From Epiperipatus broadwayi (taxonomy: Eukaryota > Animalia > Onychophora): a stretch of DNA of 64,000 bases. Numbering within the stretch: the stretch's first letter is position 1; each line of letters starts with the position of its first letter. Both the position numbers and the translations under genes were made by a program. The stretch spans positions 25,358,001 to 25,422,000 of the forward strand of contig JAQFVV010000004.1 in assembly GCA_028023455.1 (NCBI GenBank), written 5' to 3'. The notes under the pieces were generated by a model that made no database searches, was not told where the DNA came from, and saw nothing but the letters and a program-made list of their open reading frames with translations. Below, piece after piece: positions 63,451-64,000 of the stretch.

Positions 63451-63492
63451 TATCTTGAGAAGGTCTCAATGGAGATGAAAGCCGGTTTGATA
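63451..63492 (+). ncRNA. Minimal hammerhead motif with U3-A8 core variant, right arm
   Basis: UAUC-UUGAGAA-G-GUCUC-AAUG-GAGAU-GAAAGCCGGUUU-GAUA. Stem I has 4 bp, stem II has 5 bp, and stem III is near-palindromic. Confidence 0.62.
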
Positions 63493-64000
63493 AATATTTA
63501 AATATAATTATTAATAGTTGTTTATTTCAATCTTGTTTGATTAATTATTTATTTATTTCTGTTTGTGACAACATTATGGACAAATAAATCATATTGGATA
63601 TTTGACCATCATAGTGATGAAGATTTTGAAATTACCTTCTAATGATGAATTTAGAACTAAACTAAAGTTATAATTAAAACATAAATATTTTTTATTCTAC
63701 TCAAATTTATTCTTTAAAATCAACTAAATTAAGCAACTTTTGGTTTGTTGTTAAAAATATTTTAAAAAAGATTTTCATAATTTTTTAAAATAAAGATTAA
63801 TGAAGGAAGTATCTATTGATGTTTTGAACAATTCAAAACTAATAAATAATCATTTCAATCACGTTTTCTATAGTGTGGAGTTATTAATGAATAATTTTAC
63901 AAATAATGAGAAATCTCATGTTTTTGAATATGAGAAATCTACCATGAAATCTTTTATTTTTAAAGAGAGTGAAGAATTTGAAATTTTAGATTCTCTTTAT

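Larger units (their letters stand above)
62468..63559. mobile_element. Family D Penelope-like element 3' end as a 1.09-kb head-to-head palindrome
   Basis: Arms 62468-63002 and 63032-63559 are near-identical reverse complements around a 29-bp spacer. Each arm holds a GIY-YIG C-terminus, a 3' UTR and an HHR motif. Confidence 0.9.

Overview
Very AT-rich, strongly CpG-depleted animal-type (probably invertebrate) genomic DNA. I cannot identify any host protein-coding gene, rRNA, intact tRNA or CRISPR array. Most ORFs in the supplied track are transposon debris or chance. Recognisable content is mobile DNA: a decayed full-length Tc1/mariner element (5.2-6.5 kb), a decayed Buster-type hAT element (21.0-23.6 kb), four L1/Tx1-like LINE 3' fragments (one with a 16-bp TSD), RTE fragments, pogo/Tigger-like non-autonomous elements, MITE-like hairpins and two tRNA-derived SINE families. 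The most interesting signal is a dense set of minimal type-I hammerhead ribozyme (HHR) motifs of the Penelope-like element (PLE) kind, in five unrelated repeat families. One family is a tRNA-headed SINE that carries an HHR. Three families occur as head-to-head palindromes, the largest a 1.09-kb foldback that keeps a GIY-YIG C-terminus. Two families replace the canonical C3-G8 core pair with compensatory A3-U8 or U3-A8 pairs. All ribozyme calls come from manual motif and base-pair inspection. Cleavage activity is untested, and many repeat boundaries are approximate.
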